Shown here one piece after another: positions 1 through 13,790 of a stretch of 64,000 nt of DNA. This DNA comes from Mytilus californianus (lineage: Eukaryota): contig NW_026262690.1 of NCBI RefSeq assembly GCF_021869535.1, forward strand, positions 25,978,001-26,042,000. Direction: 5' to 3'. The notes beneath the pieces were generated by a model that saw nothing but the letters and a program-made list of their open reading frames with translations, was not told where the DNA came from and made no database searches. Every line of letters begins with the position of its first letter. Within the stretch, counting starts at the first letter, position 1. Position numbers and translations under genes: made by a program.

Positions 1-195
1 TTTTGTTTTTGGTTTTCTAACTTAAGTTAGCCTCAACCAAATGTTATGAAACTTATACACAATGCTTATTACCACAAAATACTGATCAAGTTTGAATTTT
101 GGTGGTGTCACTTTTACTGTTCTTCAGTTATGTCCCTTTATAACTTTATATGATATGCAAGCGAGTCATCATCTGTGTCCCACGTACACATTCCC
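1..195 (+). mobile_element. 3' part of a HINE-like repeat; second copy at ~33595-33775
   Basis: Shared gcctcaaccaaat...gaaacttatacacaa...gatcaagtttgaatt...tcatcatctgtgtc...acacatt. Confidence 0.6.
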
Positions 196-579
196 TATTT
201 ATTTTCTCAAAAATATACACATGGCAAATTAATTTATTATATTGATTTATATTCAATTGTTACATATTATAAGGTTATGATAACCGGTGACAAATATTCT
301 GTGATATTTTCAGTATGATAATGTTGATCCCAAGATAATCATTACAAATTGATTGAGGATTATCCCAGTTGACTTGCAGTTTGAAAGACAAAGGGATGAA
401 TTTTTCAACGTACCATACTTAAGTGTAATTTATAAATTTATCTAGTCCTTATTTTTTGTCAGGAAATTTAAACAGGATACCTTTTTCTGTTGGTTATAAA
501 TGCACCATCAATTGTATAGCCCTTATATTTTTTAATTATTTTGCTTGGAATAAATTTGGTGGTTCTAACTTTGCTTTCT

Positions 580-765
580 TAGGGCTAATAAATTAGAATG
601 AATGTGGGAGGATAGGAAAAGACTTCCAAATTACCCTCACAACTAACATACTTTGAGTAATTTTGTGTACACCAAATGGACACATAACTATAAATTACCT
701 ATGACTCATGTCTAAAAATAAAATTTTTCTTACCTCCCACATTTATTTAATGGAATAGCCCTTAT
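580..765. mobile_element. Possible ~185-bp MITE
   Basis: Imperfect terminal inverted repeats tagggcta...aatgtgggagg and cctcccacatt...tagccctta. Confidence 0.45.
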
Positions 766-2653
766 ATTTTTCATGATTGTTTTGTTAACATTATGTCATT
801 TAGCAGATACTTTTTGATAAAGAATAATGTTCAATACAGCTTCCAATATTAATCTTTCTTCAGAAAGAGATTTCATACTTCAGAGGTTTGTCAAGTTTAA
901 ATATATGACTAAAATATTAAGATTCAATTGTATTACATTTGATTCAAGGTTCAGCAAAGGAGTAAGTTCACAAAGGGCTGGTATTGGCCCTAAGAATTTC
1001 ATGTTTTTTTGATCCGGCCAAAAAACTAAAAATTTCACAAAGAAATAGTTGTGATATAACTATTAATAGGAAATAATTTCTTCTTGGCACATCACATTAA
1101 AAATGAAGAAGAAATGACCCCTCAAGTATGCATTAATTGTGAATTGTGTTGTAATGTTATTTTGGTAAAATTTTCAATAAGTCAGAAAAAATGCACAAAA
1201 TCATTGTTTTTTTACCATATATCCACAATGTACTGACTTTGATGCCTAGAATGTACTCTTAATGAAGAGATTTATTCAACCTAGTAGGAAGGTGTTTTAA
1301 ATAGATTCATTTAAAAACTGAATTAAAGCCATTTTGACATTTTATGATAAAGTTGAATTTCAAAGCCATATTTGGCCTAAAGTGAACCTTTTCCTTGATT
1401 TCAGCACATCACTTTGGTGCTGAAGTAAAACATTGTTTTAAGATGAAGGTATTTAAGAGATAACTATTTGAAGCTTTGCAGATGTCCATTGGTAGTTTGA
1501 CTGTAGCAAATTGAGTTTACCTGGCGATGCAGAGCGAAGACTTTACAGTAAAATTAACGAAGGACGTCCACAAAGCTTCAAATACAATACAGTTATCTCT
1601 ATTCTAGTGAAAAATAAACAAATCATTCAATTTTAGTCATTTTTTCAGTTTAAAATTTTCATTAAACGAAAATTCTGCGAAATGAAGTTATCTTCTTTGG
1701 CACCTAAACTACGTGACGACATGGGGCGTTTTCTGCCTTCTTGTCAGCCTCAGATTGTAATTAAATTTGATTTAAAGAAGATTTCTAGTTGTAAAATGTG
1801 AGTTTTTTTTTGCTTATTATTGGAGAAATTACATGTCAATACATTCCGGAATTCAAAATGTCGGTCTCCCTAGTTACAGACGGGGAGATGGAGAATTTTA
1901 TGCTGATTGTCATCCAATCAGAACCATTGATACAAAAAAATTGCATTAGAATAGGTATTTTTGGCAATTATAAACTGAACATCAAACCATAGTGTAAATC
2001 CATTAATTAACATGCTTGTTAAGATATTCACATTATATTGTCAATAACTATATATATATATGAATTTGACATATTTTTGGGAGTACAAGACTGAACACTT
2101 TTTTTAAGAATAAAAACAATGTGTTATTTTTAAACAATACTGAATTAATTGGTATAATTAATTTTCTATCAAGCAACTAAGAAATTGTATTCCATTTTGT
2201 TTACTTGAACCCACGAATTCATCAAAATTATTGTCCAAGGATAAATAAATGGTTCACAGCATATCTTGCAGTAGCATGTTAAAATAGCAGTTAAAAATAT
2301 TGTTTTTTTCATTTATCAAAAGTATAATACAGTAGCATTTTTATGGTGATTGTCATACAATTTTTCTTTTAGAACAAGTTCTCAGCTTTATAGCACTTAA
2401 GTTATTAATACTTCTTCTGATTTGAATTGCATACTATGAAAGCTTAAAACCAAAGAGTTGTAAAATATGATTTTCGATGATCATGTATTAATTTATGCCT
2501 GAATTTACACAAGAAACCAAGGACATTTAAATCAATCTTCAAAATTTTCATTTCTATGCTTATTTTTTTAAGAGCTAATGAAAACCAACTGTTGTTTACA
2601 TGCATCTTGGTAAGATAAGGTCAAGGACCACTCGGCCACCTAGACTGAACAAC

Positions 2654-2824
2654 ATATATATATATAACTCGTCTCAAATTTAGCCCAACAATGTTAGATC
2701 TTCAAATTTGTGTTAGCAAATTTTTGTTCTTCCCTCAGCGGGATTCGAACCCTTGCTTCTTTGACATCGTGGCAACACAGCCTGCACCGTGTCCAGCGAC
2801 CTAGACCACTCGACCACCTAGGCT
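2654..2824 (-). mobile_element. tRNA-derived SINE-like unit with (TA)n tail
   Basis: A box TGGTCGAGTGG and B box GGTTCGAATCC (2741-2751); no acceptor stem. Second copy at 16800-16997. Confidence 0.8.
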
Positions 2825-4344
2825 ACATAAAAATATAGCTTTCAGTGGTCGATGTAATGCCTTTCCTCGTCGGCTTTATCTAGGGTTGTAACACAGTACA
2901 TGATGTATATATAGTGGCAAGTAGATGGTGTACCTTTCAGATCAGCTATTTTGTCTGTCGCAAAAGATGATAATGTAAATTACCATGGTGCCACATCAAA
3001 TTTTAATTTTATTATACACATCTAAACATATGACAACTTTATGACAGACATTCTCCATCGGATAACACATGGTTATACAGGGCTAACACCATAATATATA
3101 TATAACTCGTCTCAAATTTAGCCATACAATGTTAGATCTTATTAAGTATCAGTTGAACTGTGTACAAAAGAAACATATGTTTTTCAAAGAATTATGGAAT
3201 GTGAAATACAAAAAGTGCAGATAGATTTAAAGAAAATAAATGTTTCTAGCAGTTTTTATTATACAAAAAAACATAATACACTTGATTGAATATCAACAGA
3301 CATGTTTATGTTGATTTTCCCTTATTCCTTGAAAGAAACCAAATTCAGACAAATGTTGATTAAATTTTTTCAATGTGCCAAATTTTACAGAAAAACTAAT
3401 AAATATTCATTGACTGATTCTAACATTATACATGTTGAGAGAACAAATAAAATGGTTATGTCATTTTATTAAATTCTTATGTGACCTTGGTTTATTGGTG
3501 ATTGCAGCATAGTGTCCATGTTTGTTGAAAATGTAATTTAACATGTGGTTGATTAAAATGTATAATAACTTTTAAAAGAAATATTTTAATATAAAAAAGA
3601 AAGTGCTGTAATAATAAAAGTTCCTATTTATCTGTTATTTAAGTGTTTTATTGCAGGTGCCTACTTAACAATTTCCATAGTATAACCCATTATCATAATG
3701 TAAATACTATGTAAGGGAGATAATAATTGATATTCTGGTAGAATGGGGATAAGGATATATTCCCCTTATATTCCAGGCTGAGTCAAACTAGATATCAAAT
3801 TTACTATCATTCATACGGAAATGACATGAAACATAGATTTCTATTAGTCAAATGTTTGTTTAATTTAAAAAAAAAAGTGTTGCCTAGTGGTTACAAGAAG
3901 ACAAAATACAAAAATAAGCTAATGGTCTTATTTACATCCACTTTATTTAAAAGGGAGAAAAAGGGGGAAAACACAAAACAATTTAAGCTAAAAGACAGAA
4001 AATGGTAACAAGTGGACAATATCTTTTGTCATCTGTAAAACAAATCATAATCCATAAAACTTAACCCAATATTTCGACTGACTATGAAGTATTCATGTAG
4101 TACCTTTGCCAAAATTTTAATCTGAATCTTGAAGGTTATAGGGTATAAGAAAGAAGGTTAACCATGAAGTCGTCAAATAAAAAAAACTCCCAAAAAGAAA
4201 AATAACCGAAATGAGCAGCAATATTATAAGAATTCCAATCGACTGTCAACACAGATATTATCTTCCTTTTCCTGATCAAGGATTTACTATAGAAATCTTG
4301 CCCTGATTAAAAATAAGGAAAATAAAGATGAACAAATAAGTGAT

Positions 4345-5285
4345 GATACAATGGGGAATGTGTCACAGAGACAACAACCCGACCAAAGAGCAGAAAACAG
4401 CCGAAGGCCACCAATGGTTCTTCAACACAGCGAGAAAATCCCTCACCCGGAGGCGGGCTTCAGCTGGCCCCTTAACAAAAATGTGAATTAGTTCAGTGAA
4501 AATGGACACACTAAACTCCGATACATATACATGAACTAGAAATAAAAAACCATACAAGACTGACAAAGGCCAGAGGTTCCTGACTTGGGACAGGCGCAAA
4601 AATGCGGCGGGAATAAACATGTTTTGTGAGATCTCAACCCTCCCCTATACCTCTAGCCAATGTAGAATAAACGAACACACAGCAATATGCACAGTAAAAC
4701 TCAGTTTAAAAGAAGTCTGAGTCCGATGTCAGAATAAGTAACAAAAGACACTAAGCAAAATGACAATGATTCATAAATTAACAAAGGACTACTAGCAGTT
4801 ACTGACATTTCAGCTCCAGACCTCAATTAAACATATGAAAATCAAGCACAATCCCTCCCGTTAGGGGTTTAGTATCATACCATCATAAAATATATGAGAA
4901 GAACATAACCCGTATCATGCCAACAACTGGTTTTAGAATAAATGTGTTTATTTCCGATGCAAAGACCCTATGAGTGTGTCAATATTAATATCAAAATATG
5001 CCATCTTTAATGACCTGACAACATTATCGTAACCATATCCCTTCTGAATTACCATAAAAGATTGGATGTGAAATACCTGAACGTATAAGATGTCTGCATG
5101 TTGATTTATATTTACGAAATTTAGTAAATGCTTTGACTGGTTTGTGATCGCGAAAACCCTGGTGTAATAATTTTTTAGTAATACAGAGATTTCTTTCGTT
5201 AAAATCAAATACATACACGAGCGAATCGAATAAGTTGAGATATATAAACACCATAAGATGGTGACAAGGGAACGTCACCATCTAA
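4345..5285 (-). mobile_element. 3' end of a Penelope-like element (ORF remnant plus 3' repeat)
   Basis: FNERNLCITKKLLHQGFR...LIRSGISHPIFYGN and KGYGYDNVVRSLKMAYF remnants. The adjoining 3' segment recurs at ~10100-10500, 23575-23680 and 33360-33430. Confidence 0.7.
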
Positions 5286-6846
5286 AAATGAATAATTAAC
5301 AATAGGAAATGAAAAATCATCTCTTTTATCATAAATTTTATATCTATCCAAATCAGCTAAAACAACAAACAACACCATTTAGGATTGCAGCCGATCCTTA
5401 ACGTTCCTAATGTCGTAACAACAATCCCGTCCCCTTTTCCCGAATGTAACCTACCGAATTAGACTTATTACCTGGTTTGTACTAACATGAGCAACACGAC
5501 GGGTGACAGATGTGGAGCAGGATCTCCTTACCCTTCCGGAGCACCTGAGTTTCTGTGGGGTCCGTTTTGATCAGTCTTTAGTTTTCTATGTTGTGTTTTG
5601 TGTACTATTGTTTGTCGGTTGGTCTTTTTCTTTTTTAGCCATGGCGTTGTCAGTTTTATTTTCGCCGGACTGATGAGTTTGAATGTCCGTCTGGTATCTT
5701 TCGCCTCTCTTTTACTTGAGGTCAAAGTGTACTCAAATCAGAAAGTTGAGGTCAAAGTGTACTCAAATCAGAAAGTCTTTGCTCAAATAATTATTTGTGC
5801 CTCTGTCAGGACTGCAGTTACTTGCATGTCTTTATCGATATGACCAGGCGGACATAAATGATTGACAGCTAATTAATTAGTCGTCGTTTTCGTCGTTCTA
5901 AGAATTCAAATGTTCTGCAAAACTATCTTACAGACGTCTGTATGTTTTTCCGATGTATACTAGTATCTGTTGACAGCTGTTCGCATATAACGGCGTTTTT
6001 CATCTTTTAAATATAGATGAAACCAAAACATTTTAGTGCCCTGAACATCAGTAACTTCCGATTTGAAATTAAGGGCATGATTTGCATCTGGACCTTCCAC
6101 AGCGTCTAGTTCCCCAAATATTCATTTGGGATTTTCGAGAGCACAAGTTTTGGAGGAAAAAGTCGCGGGCTGCAGCGTTACATTAAATGTGCGATGTGTC
6201 ATGTTTACTATTCATATAAATTCTCGTATCTCGTGTTGAGCTGTATACTTCTGATATGAGAGGAAATAAATGAATAAATCTTATTTTGTCTCTTTACTTA
6301 CCTTATCTTTCAAGGAATCATAAAAATAAAAAAAAAAACAACAACATTATGATATTTCGTTGTACTTCTTTGCAAAATGAAAAAAAAATTGCACTTTTAA
6401 GAACCATGAGAAACATCCTTAAGTGTTTTGCAAAATAGATCTGTACCGATCGTTAAGTTTGATATATTACAAAAATAATTTAACCTAACATCTGAAATTA
6501 ATATCAATATTTCTCTCGAAAATGACGTTTTTGTTTTATTTACAACTTAAGTATTCAAATGTTTAATAGGTCAATATCGACTGGCAGCATAATGAAATGA
6601 GATTCATTTGTATTGCCTTGGTTAACTCTGTCAAGATATCATCTCAAAGGGTAATTTTGAATACAAATTACTGTGATGTTAAGATAAAAACAAAACCTTC
6701 GACCAGGTAAAAAGCTTTAAACCTCCATCGAAAACATTCAAATTTTCCTAAGTGAATATAGAAGAAAACGTTCACACTCCCTTCGAATCGATCAATGCTC
6801 AAATTGTAAATAACCTCATCATAGATACCAGGATTGTAATTGTGCA

Positions 6847-6892
6847 CGCCAGACGCGCGTTTCGTCTACAAAAGACTCATCAGTGGACGCTC
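6847..6892 (-). ncRNA. Type I minimal hammerhead ribozyme (GUC site)
   Basis: Minus strand reads gagcgtcca-CTGATGA-gtct-tttgt-agac-GAA-acgcgcgt-C-tggcg: intact core, 4-bp stem II, palindromic stem III, stem I with one bulge. Confidence 0.8.
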
Positions 6893-9800
6893 CAATCAAA
6901 AAACGTTAAAAATGACAAATAAAGTACGAAGTTGAAGAGCATTGAAGACCATAAAATCCGGAAGGAACATAAGATTAACTTATGTACTAATATTTTTAAA
7001 AGTGATATCTGATATTAATCGCATATGAAGGTAGGACAAGAGCTCAGCAACATTTGTGTCTTTGAAGATAGATGTAGCACGAGTGTTCAAAGAACCATTT
7101 AGATTTTATCCTGATTTGTTTATCACAACTTTCACCCAACTCGATGAGTATCTAGTTTTTTCTTTTTCACGTTTTGCCAATTGTCTGGCATAAACTTCGA
7201 CTGAATTTATAAGTTTTTGGAATACGATTGCTGTCAAGCAATCTGTAAGACTTTTACCATTGATTCCTTTTCAAGATTCTCACGTCTACCGTTATGTGCT
7301 TTATAATAAGGAACAACTCAGATAATCAGATTCTAAAGATTGTTTTGTTTTAATGAGTAAAACAAACAAACAGATTGAATTTAAAAAAGAGAGGCGAAAG
7401 ATACCAAAGGGACATTCAAACTCATAAGTCGAAAATAAACTGACAACGCCATTGCTAAAAAATAAAAGACAAACAATAGTACACAAAACACAACATAGAA
7501 AACTAAAGACTGAGCAATACGAACCGGAAGGATACGCAGACCCTGCTCCACATGTTGCACCTGAGTGGCCAAGTCTAATTCGGTAGGGCACTTTTGGGAA
7601 AAGGGGACAGGATTGTTAAATTTTTTTTCATAATCCTCGCGTTTTGATATCTCCCTTTTTTAGTTGCGTTTATTTTACAATACGGAGAATCAGTATTAAG
7701 AAGTATCTATATTTATCCAGAGACATCACGTCATAATGGGGATTCCATTGTGTTCTGTTGGTAAAATTCGAGAGTGGTTCCGGAATGAAACTTTTTCCGT
7801 CAGATAAGTACTGAAGTGGTGTTCCAATCAATCAGGTTACCTTTATGAAATTTCATATTGAACGTCCATAAGGAAATGAAGAACCACATATATGGTCTTC
7901 AATCAAAACGTAATCCAAACACTTTGTTTATGTAATCCAGCGCATGCGTAGTTTTCTTGACCAGGGGTATCATCGACTAAACCCCCTCAGACGAAATAGG
8001 CGAGTGACATTTTTCAAAAAGACGCTTAGTTAACGACTTTAATGCACCCACCTAACATACGGCTATATTATATATCATTCGAAAGCTTGTTATCTGTACT
8101 TTCTGTTTTGCCCGGTCGTCAATAATTCGTACGGTGCAATTTTCGTTAAATCAAGGTTAAAGGTCAAAAATGAATATTCCAAAATTTTGCTACAGTTAAA
8201 CAAAATGCCCTTTTCTGGTACCTATATGAAATTTGTTCATCTAAAAATTGTCGGAACCTTATAAAACAAAAAACAATAATTCCAAATCAAATGCAAACTT
8301 AAATGTTAATTGCGCAATATTTACATAAAATTGCATTTCTTAAAAAACTTCCAAAAATGATATAATTGAACTAACAGCTAAATGTTTCTTGAGGTATGAG
8401 TATATATATGTAAAAAATATAATAAATTAATGGTTTATAAGCCGAGGGAATTTTCGCATCATTGTAAACTGTAATTAATGTAATATAGCCTAAGATGCGG
8501 CCTTCTAATGCAACTTTTGCAGTTGCCCTATAAAAACACCATCTACAAATATTGATCATTTTGCTTTTCTTTGGCTAGATAATATAGTAAATATCAGAAG
8601 AAAATGATTAACCGGTTTTGAATAGGGGTATTGAAAGTGCTTTAATGAATAAACAAGGTATATATAGTAAAAATGTGTTTCCGATGTCGAAAGACGAAGT
8701 TTTATTCTCATTCAATATTCGAATTAATATTATTTGCACACTACGCTTTATTATTCACAATTCTTTTTAATGTAAGCTCATTATTACATATTTTATTAGT
8801 TGTTTTTATGAATGCAAGTTAATGTTCTGGAAGATTGAATATCCTTACTGAGCAACTGTATTTACCACCTGTTTTAGGTAGTGTTGGCACATTTCTGTGT
8901 AGTGTATTAGGGACTGTTGTTTGTTTGACCGACTTTTTCGCTGTGTTCATGGTGTTATCTTTTTTTTCTTCAACTATCATGGTTTTACACTGCCTCATTG
9001 TTATTTTCTTTAAGCCAAGGCAAAGAAAACCTGCAAACTCAGATATCGATGTAAGATATAAACCTTGTGTCCCTACGTCCGTTTGTCTTTAAGTGCACAT
9101 ATGGAGATTAAAAATGAAGGGATTTTTTTTTCAGGATAAACAAATAGAGTTGAATAGTTAGCAATTCTAATGTACCATTACATCTCTTCTTGTAAGCTAT
9201 CTCATAATCTTAAAACAATCTTACTAAAATATAGATCTCTGATTTCGTTATCCTCATGATATACTAGCATGCGAGTTGTTACAGATCTGAATTTAAATCA
9301 GATTGTTTTAACCCATGTTATTTACACTAATGCATGTTATTTTTCACGTCATCTAATATCACTTCTTATTGTTATGAGATCTTTGCACCATTAGAAACCC
9401 AAACGAAAAATTATGACTATGGTTTTAGACTGTCTCATTCTTATATATCATGTTTAATCAATGCATGGCAGATGATCTACTTAAAAGAAAAATGATAAAA
9501 ATACCGTACTCCAAGGGAAACTCAAAACGGATTAAAATGGTGCATCAAACCTGGCTTTATAGCAAGCTAAACATTTCACTTGTAAGAAAATAGCGCTCTG
9601 GTTTTCTGAATGTCTCAAATTAGAATAGTGCGTGGTACATTTACAATTGAATTTTAATGCAAAACCATAGGCAATTGAATTTAGAATAAAAGTGGTTTAA
9701 ATGCATATTTATATATCAATTTTTATAAAGAAAATTTATTTGTAGCATGTAGCTGTAGTAATTTAAAACATCTACATCAAAACTGCTTTGTTTGTTTAGA

Positions 9801-12444
9801 GGTTGCCTACTTTTACAAAAGGCCATTGGTGCTGATTGGTTGAATTTTTGTGTGACACCTACACGTCATTCATACTAACAAATATAATAAATGTATAATT
9901 CACGGGGATTGTCAGTTTTCTGCTGAAGGTCGGTTGATCTCTCTTGGCAATCCGGCTTCCTCCTCCAATAAAACTGATCGCTACAAAATACTGTATATGA
10001 TGAAGATATATGAGGTCTGGACCTGGCATGTCAGTAACTGCTATAGTCCTTTGTTAATTTATGTTTCACCGTCTTTTTGCTTATCTTCGTCAGTTACCTA
10101 TTCTAACATCAGACTCAGACTTCTTTTTAACTGAGTTTACTGTGCGTATTGGTTGTGTGTGTTTTTTTTATTCTGCATTTGCTAGAGGTATAGGAGAGGG
10201 TTGAGATCTCACATACATGTTTAACCCCTTCACATTTTTGCGCCAATCTTAAGTCAGGAGCCTTTGCAATGTGTTTTTTTTTTACTTTAGTTCACTTATA
10301 TGTTTCGGAGTTAAGTAGTGAGCGTCCGTTTTCATTAAACTAGTACACATTTTTGTTTAGGTGTCAGCTTAAGCCTGCCTCCGGGTGCAGGATTGTTCCG
10401 TTGTGTTGAAGACCCGTTGGTAGCCTTGGGCTGTTTTCATGCTTTTTGGTTGGGTTGTTGTCTCTTAAACACATTACCCATTTCCATTCTAAATTTTATT
10501 TAGTAGTCAATAGTACCGAAAGTGGCGTTAAACACCAACAATCAATCAGTCATCTTTATACTACAGTGTAGTTTGTTTACTACTCCGGAATTGAAAGTGT
10601 AGTTATAACGAACTGCTAGAATTTTTAAATAAAAATAGATTTGCAAAATGTGTCAATTTACATTTATTTCAAGAAATAATTATATTACTTAATTTGATAG
10701 GATTGACACAAATAAAATTTTTAGTTGCCAGCTTATAAACTTTTATCTCCTTAGTCAGTTCACGTTGCAGTAGAAGGTAACAAGAAAACGAGTTTAAAAC
10801 AAACATACATATTGAAATATCAAAGTTTTGCTCCCTAATTGTCCCTCAAAAAAGAATCCCGCGTGTATAATATCCTTTAAACACTTCTGTAATTATAAGA
10901 TTTTAGTTTTTTTAATCTCATATTGACTACATACAAATTTTGTTTACATAGAACATCAAAAAAGCTATCTTTTTGCAGATGGTGGTATTTTGGGCAACTG
11001 CACGAGTTGCTATAATAAGCATGAAGGGTAATTGCAGTAGTTTGATGATGTCAAAAACTTCCAAAGCACTAAATAGAATATTTAATTTGGTTCTATGGTA
11101 AATAACAACCGAATAACAGACAAAAAATTTGGTTTCAGTGCAATTTTATCATTTTTACTTGAATTTCTGGAAAACATCCCTATTTATTAAAAATCCGTCA
11201 TTAATATTTTAAAGTGCGTTTGATAAGTGATTGTTAACATCTGTTCTAACAGATTTTCATATTTTCATGCAAAATATTATTATTCAGAAGACAGAGTATG
11301 CAAAAATGCTGACATATTGTAAAATTAGAAAGTGTGCAACCTTGACCTTTCATCGTGATTTGACGAAAAATGCACCGTACGAATATTTGACGACCGTGCA
11401 AAAAAGATAGTACAGATGATATATATGCTTTCGAATGGTATATGATTTGGCCGTTTGTTAGGTGGGTGCATTAAAAATAAAATTTTATGGTTAATGTCAC
11501 TCATCTAAAAGAATTTTTTTCAAATTATCAACATTAAGAAACTATACAACACGTGTTGCTCACAATAGATATATCTTTGCTGTTGATCAAACATAATAAA
11601 GTCAAATTCATTTAACATGTTAATGATCATCAGATGTGTTATCCATTCGTTTGATGTGTTTGAGCTTTTGATTCTGCCATTTGATTAGGGACTTTCCGTT
11701 TAGAATTTTCCTCGGAGTTCGATATTTTTGATATTTTACTTTTTTATATGTAATTATTCCTGTTTTGATAAAAATCTGAGTAGATCGATAATAAACTCAG
11801 CTATTAATAGATTACCTGTGTGTAGACTTTTCCATTTAATTCAGGGGTTAGCATGTACAGAAGCCTTCTAATCATCTAAAGACAGACCAAGAGCAAAATT
11901 TAGAAGAAAAAGAACTGCATTTATTTGTATTTAACTAGTAATTGGACTTATTTCGGTTCTTTTTTTGCTGTTATCATTAAGTCTAAGATTAAAAGTTTTT
12001 CAGAAATCAATATGTCTTTGTCAAAATTTAATGAAATTGTTGGAAAATTACCTGGATTGCGATTTGTGGCCATTTGATCCCTAAAGCCAAAAAAAGAACA
12101 GATTGACATTTTTTTTACAAATGTATATTTAACACTGAGTATGTGGGATTGATAAGTACAATCAGAAGGAATATTTCTAAAATGAGTGTGTTTGAATTTC
12201 CAAGAATGACACAATAATTACATTGTTCATCTATAAATATACACTGTACCAGAAATTTTTTAAGTTAAAAACTATTTTTATAATGAATCAAATAGCGAAT
12301 ACATTTGTAGTTGAATACATTTTGAGAAAGAATACTAATATCAAAAGAAACAATGGCGGTCGTTTCCCTCAGAGCAATCAAGCTCTTTGGTTCAAGGTTG
12401 TACAAGTTTCTTATCACACGTAGCTAAGCAAGACGTAATATTGT

Positions 12445-12830
12445 ATCGATCCGACGATACCGCTGATGGTAGATTATTAGTCCCCGAGGGTATCACTAGT
12501 TCAGTAGTCAGTTCTGAATTAGTGATATGATTTATAACATGATACCTTTCTAAAATTGTCCGTTTATAAACCTTTCTGAAATTGTCCGTTTATAAAATAA
12601 AGAAATATTAAGAAACCAAGTTCCAGCTTGCTCCGGCAAAGTTAGCCTTATATGGATTTGGCTATTATTTTTAGGTCCCATGTTGTAAACAGTGAAATTG
12701 TGAAGTTGTCACATAGCTCTCCACGTAACTCAGTTCTTATACATCCTTTGCTTTCAAATATTTTGCTTTAAGCGTTCCTGGTGATGGGAAATCCATAAAA
12801 GCGTTTTGGACGCTCAAAATCTATTAAGGT
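12445..12830 (+). mobile_element. Degenerate single copy of the same retrozyme-like unit
   Basis: Shares tagtccccgagggtatc, ctttctaaaattgtccgtttataa and a decayed hammerhead (gcgttcctggtgatgggaaatccataaaagcgttttggacgc) with 40655-41235 in the opposite orientation. Confidence 0.6.
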
Positions 12831-13309
12831 ATAGAACCACTAATTCAGGCCCGGTCGGAAAGAACATACAAGAAAGTAGTACATATTGTAAACAAAATAG
12901 TTCCTACGCATAGCTGTATCTTTGTCGATAGTTGGAATATTTGGGTAGTTTTAGTATCAAATGAAAGCTTGGGGACTTGGGATCACTGTAGAACCCTTAT
13001 TGAAATTTTTATTTGAATAATAAAGAAGTATATGAAATTTTAATAGGAGGGCTCATTTGGCCTGTTGTTCAGATCAGAAGTTCCTGTTTTTGTACTATCA
13101 AACTTCCGGGAACCAGTACGCTCTAATATGCAATTAAAGGTATGTTGATTTTTTCAGCACAAGTCAGGATAAGGTACAGTTTTGACATGAAATAACTGCC
13201 ACTTTATTTGAACTTAAGACAAAGTAGCCATTAATGCTTGAATTTGCAGAATTTAACATAGAAAGCAATGGGGCTATGAATTAGTGGTTTTATACCTATT
13301 AGTGTTATT

Positions 13310-13790
13310 TTTTTATGTCGCCTGCGACGGAAGTTGCGGAAAGCTAGACGTAGGTGTTGCTTTTCCGGCGACGTTGGCGGCGACGGTAGAGGATGCGTTT
13401 ACAATTGTTAGGTTTTCTGCTTAAGTCAATTTTGAAAGGAACTACGTGTGATATATCAATGATATTTTCCATAAAACTGCATTACTATCAATACATATTA
13501 GTTTGATGACTATTTCGAGGCCCTGCCCCCTAGGTCATGGTTCAGCGACTTCCAAATCTAAGTTTTCTGCTTGAGTTAGTTTGATAGGAACTACTTGTGA
13601 TAGATGAATGATATTTTGTATACAATTGTATTACTATCAATATATATCAGTTTATATACTATTAGGTCATGGTCCAGCGACTTTGAATTAATTAGCAATT
13701 TTCAATGTTATTTTTTCTGCTTAAGTCAGTTTTATAGGAACAACTTGTGAGTGATCAATGATATTTTCTAAAAAAAAATACATTACTATC
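13310..13790 (+). mobile_element. HINE-like element with ~140-160 bp internal tandem subrepeats
   Basis: Starts ttttatgtcgcctgcgac followed by a GC-rich ggcgac tract; ttttctgcttaagtca...gatatttt...attactatcaat is repeated three times. Confidence 0.55.

Noticed and set aside
2740-2824. Functional tRNA gene
   Set aside because: A and B boxes are present, but I found no acceptor-stem pairing or recognisable anticodon arm, and it is followed by a SINE-like tail.
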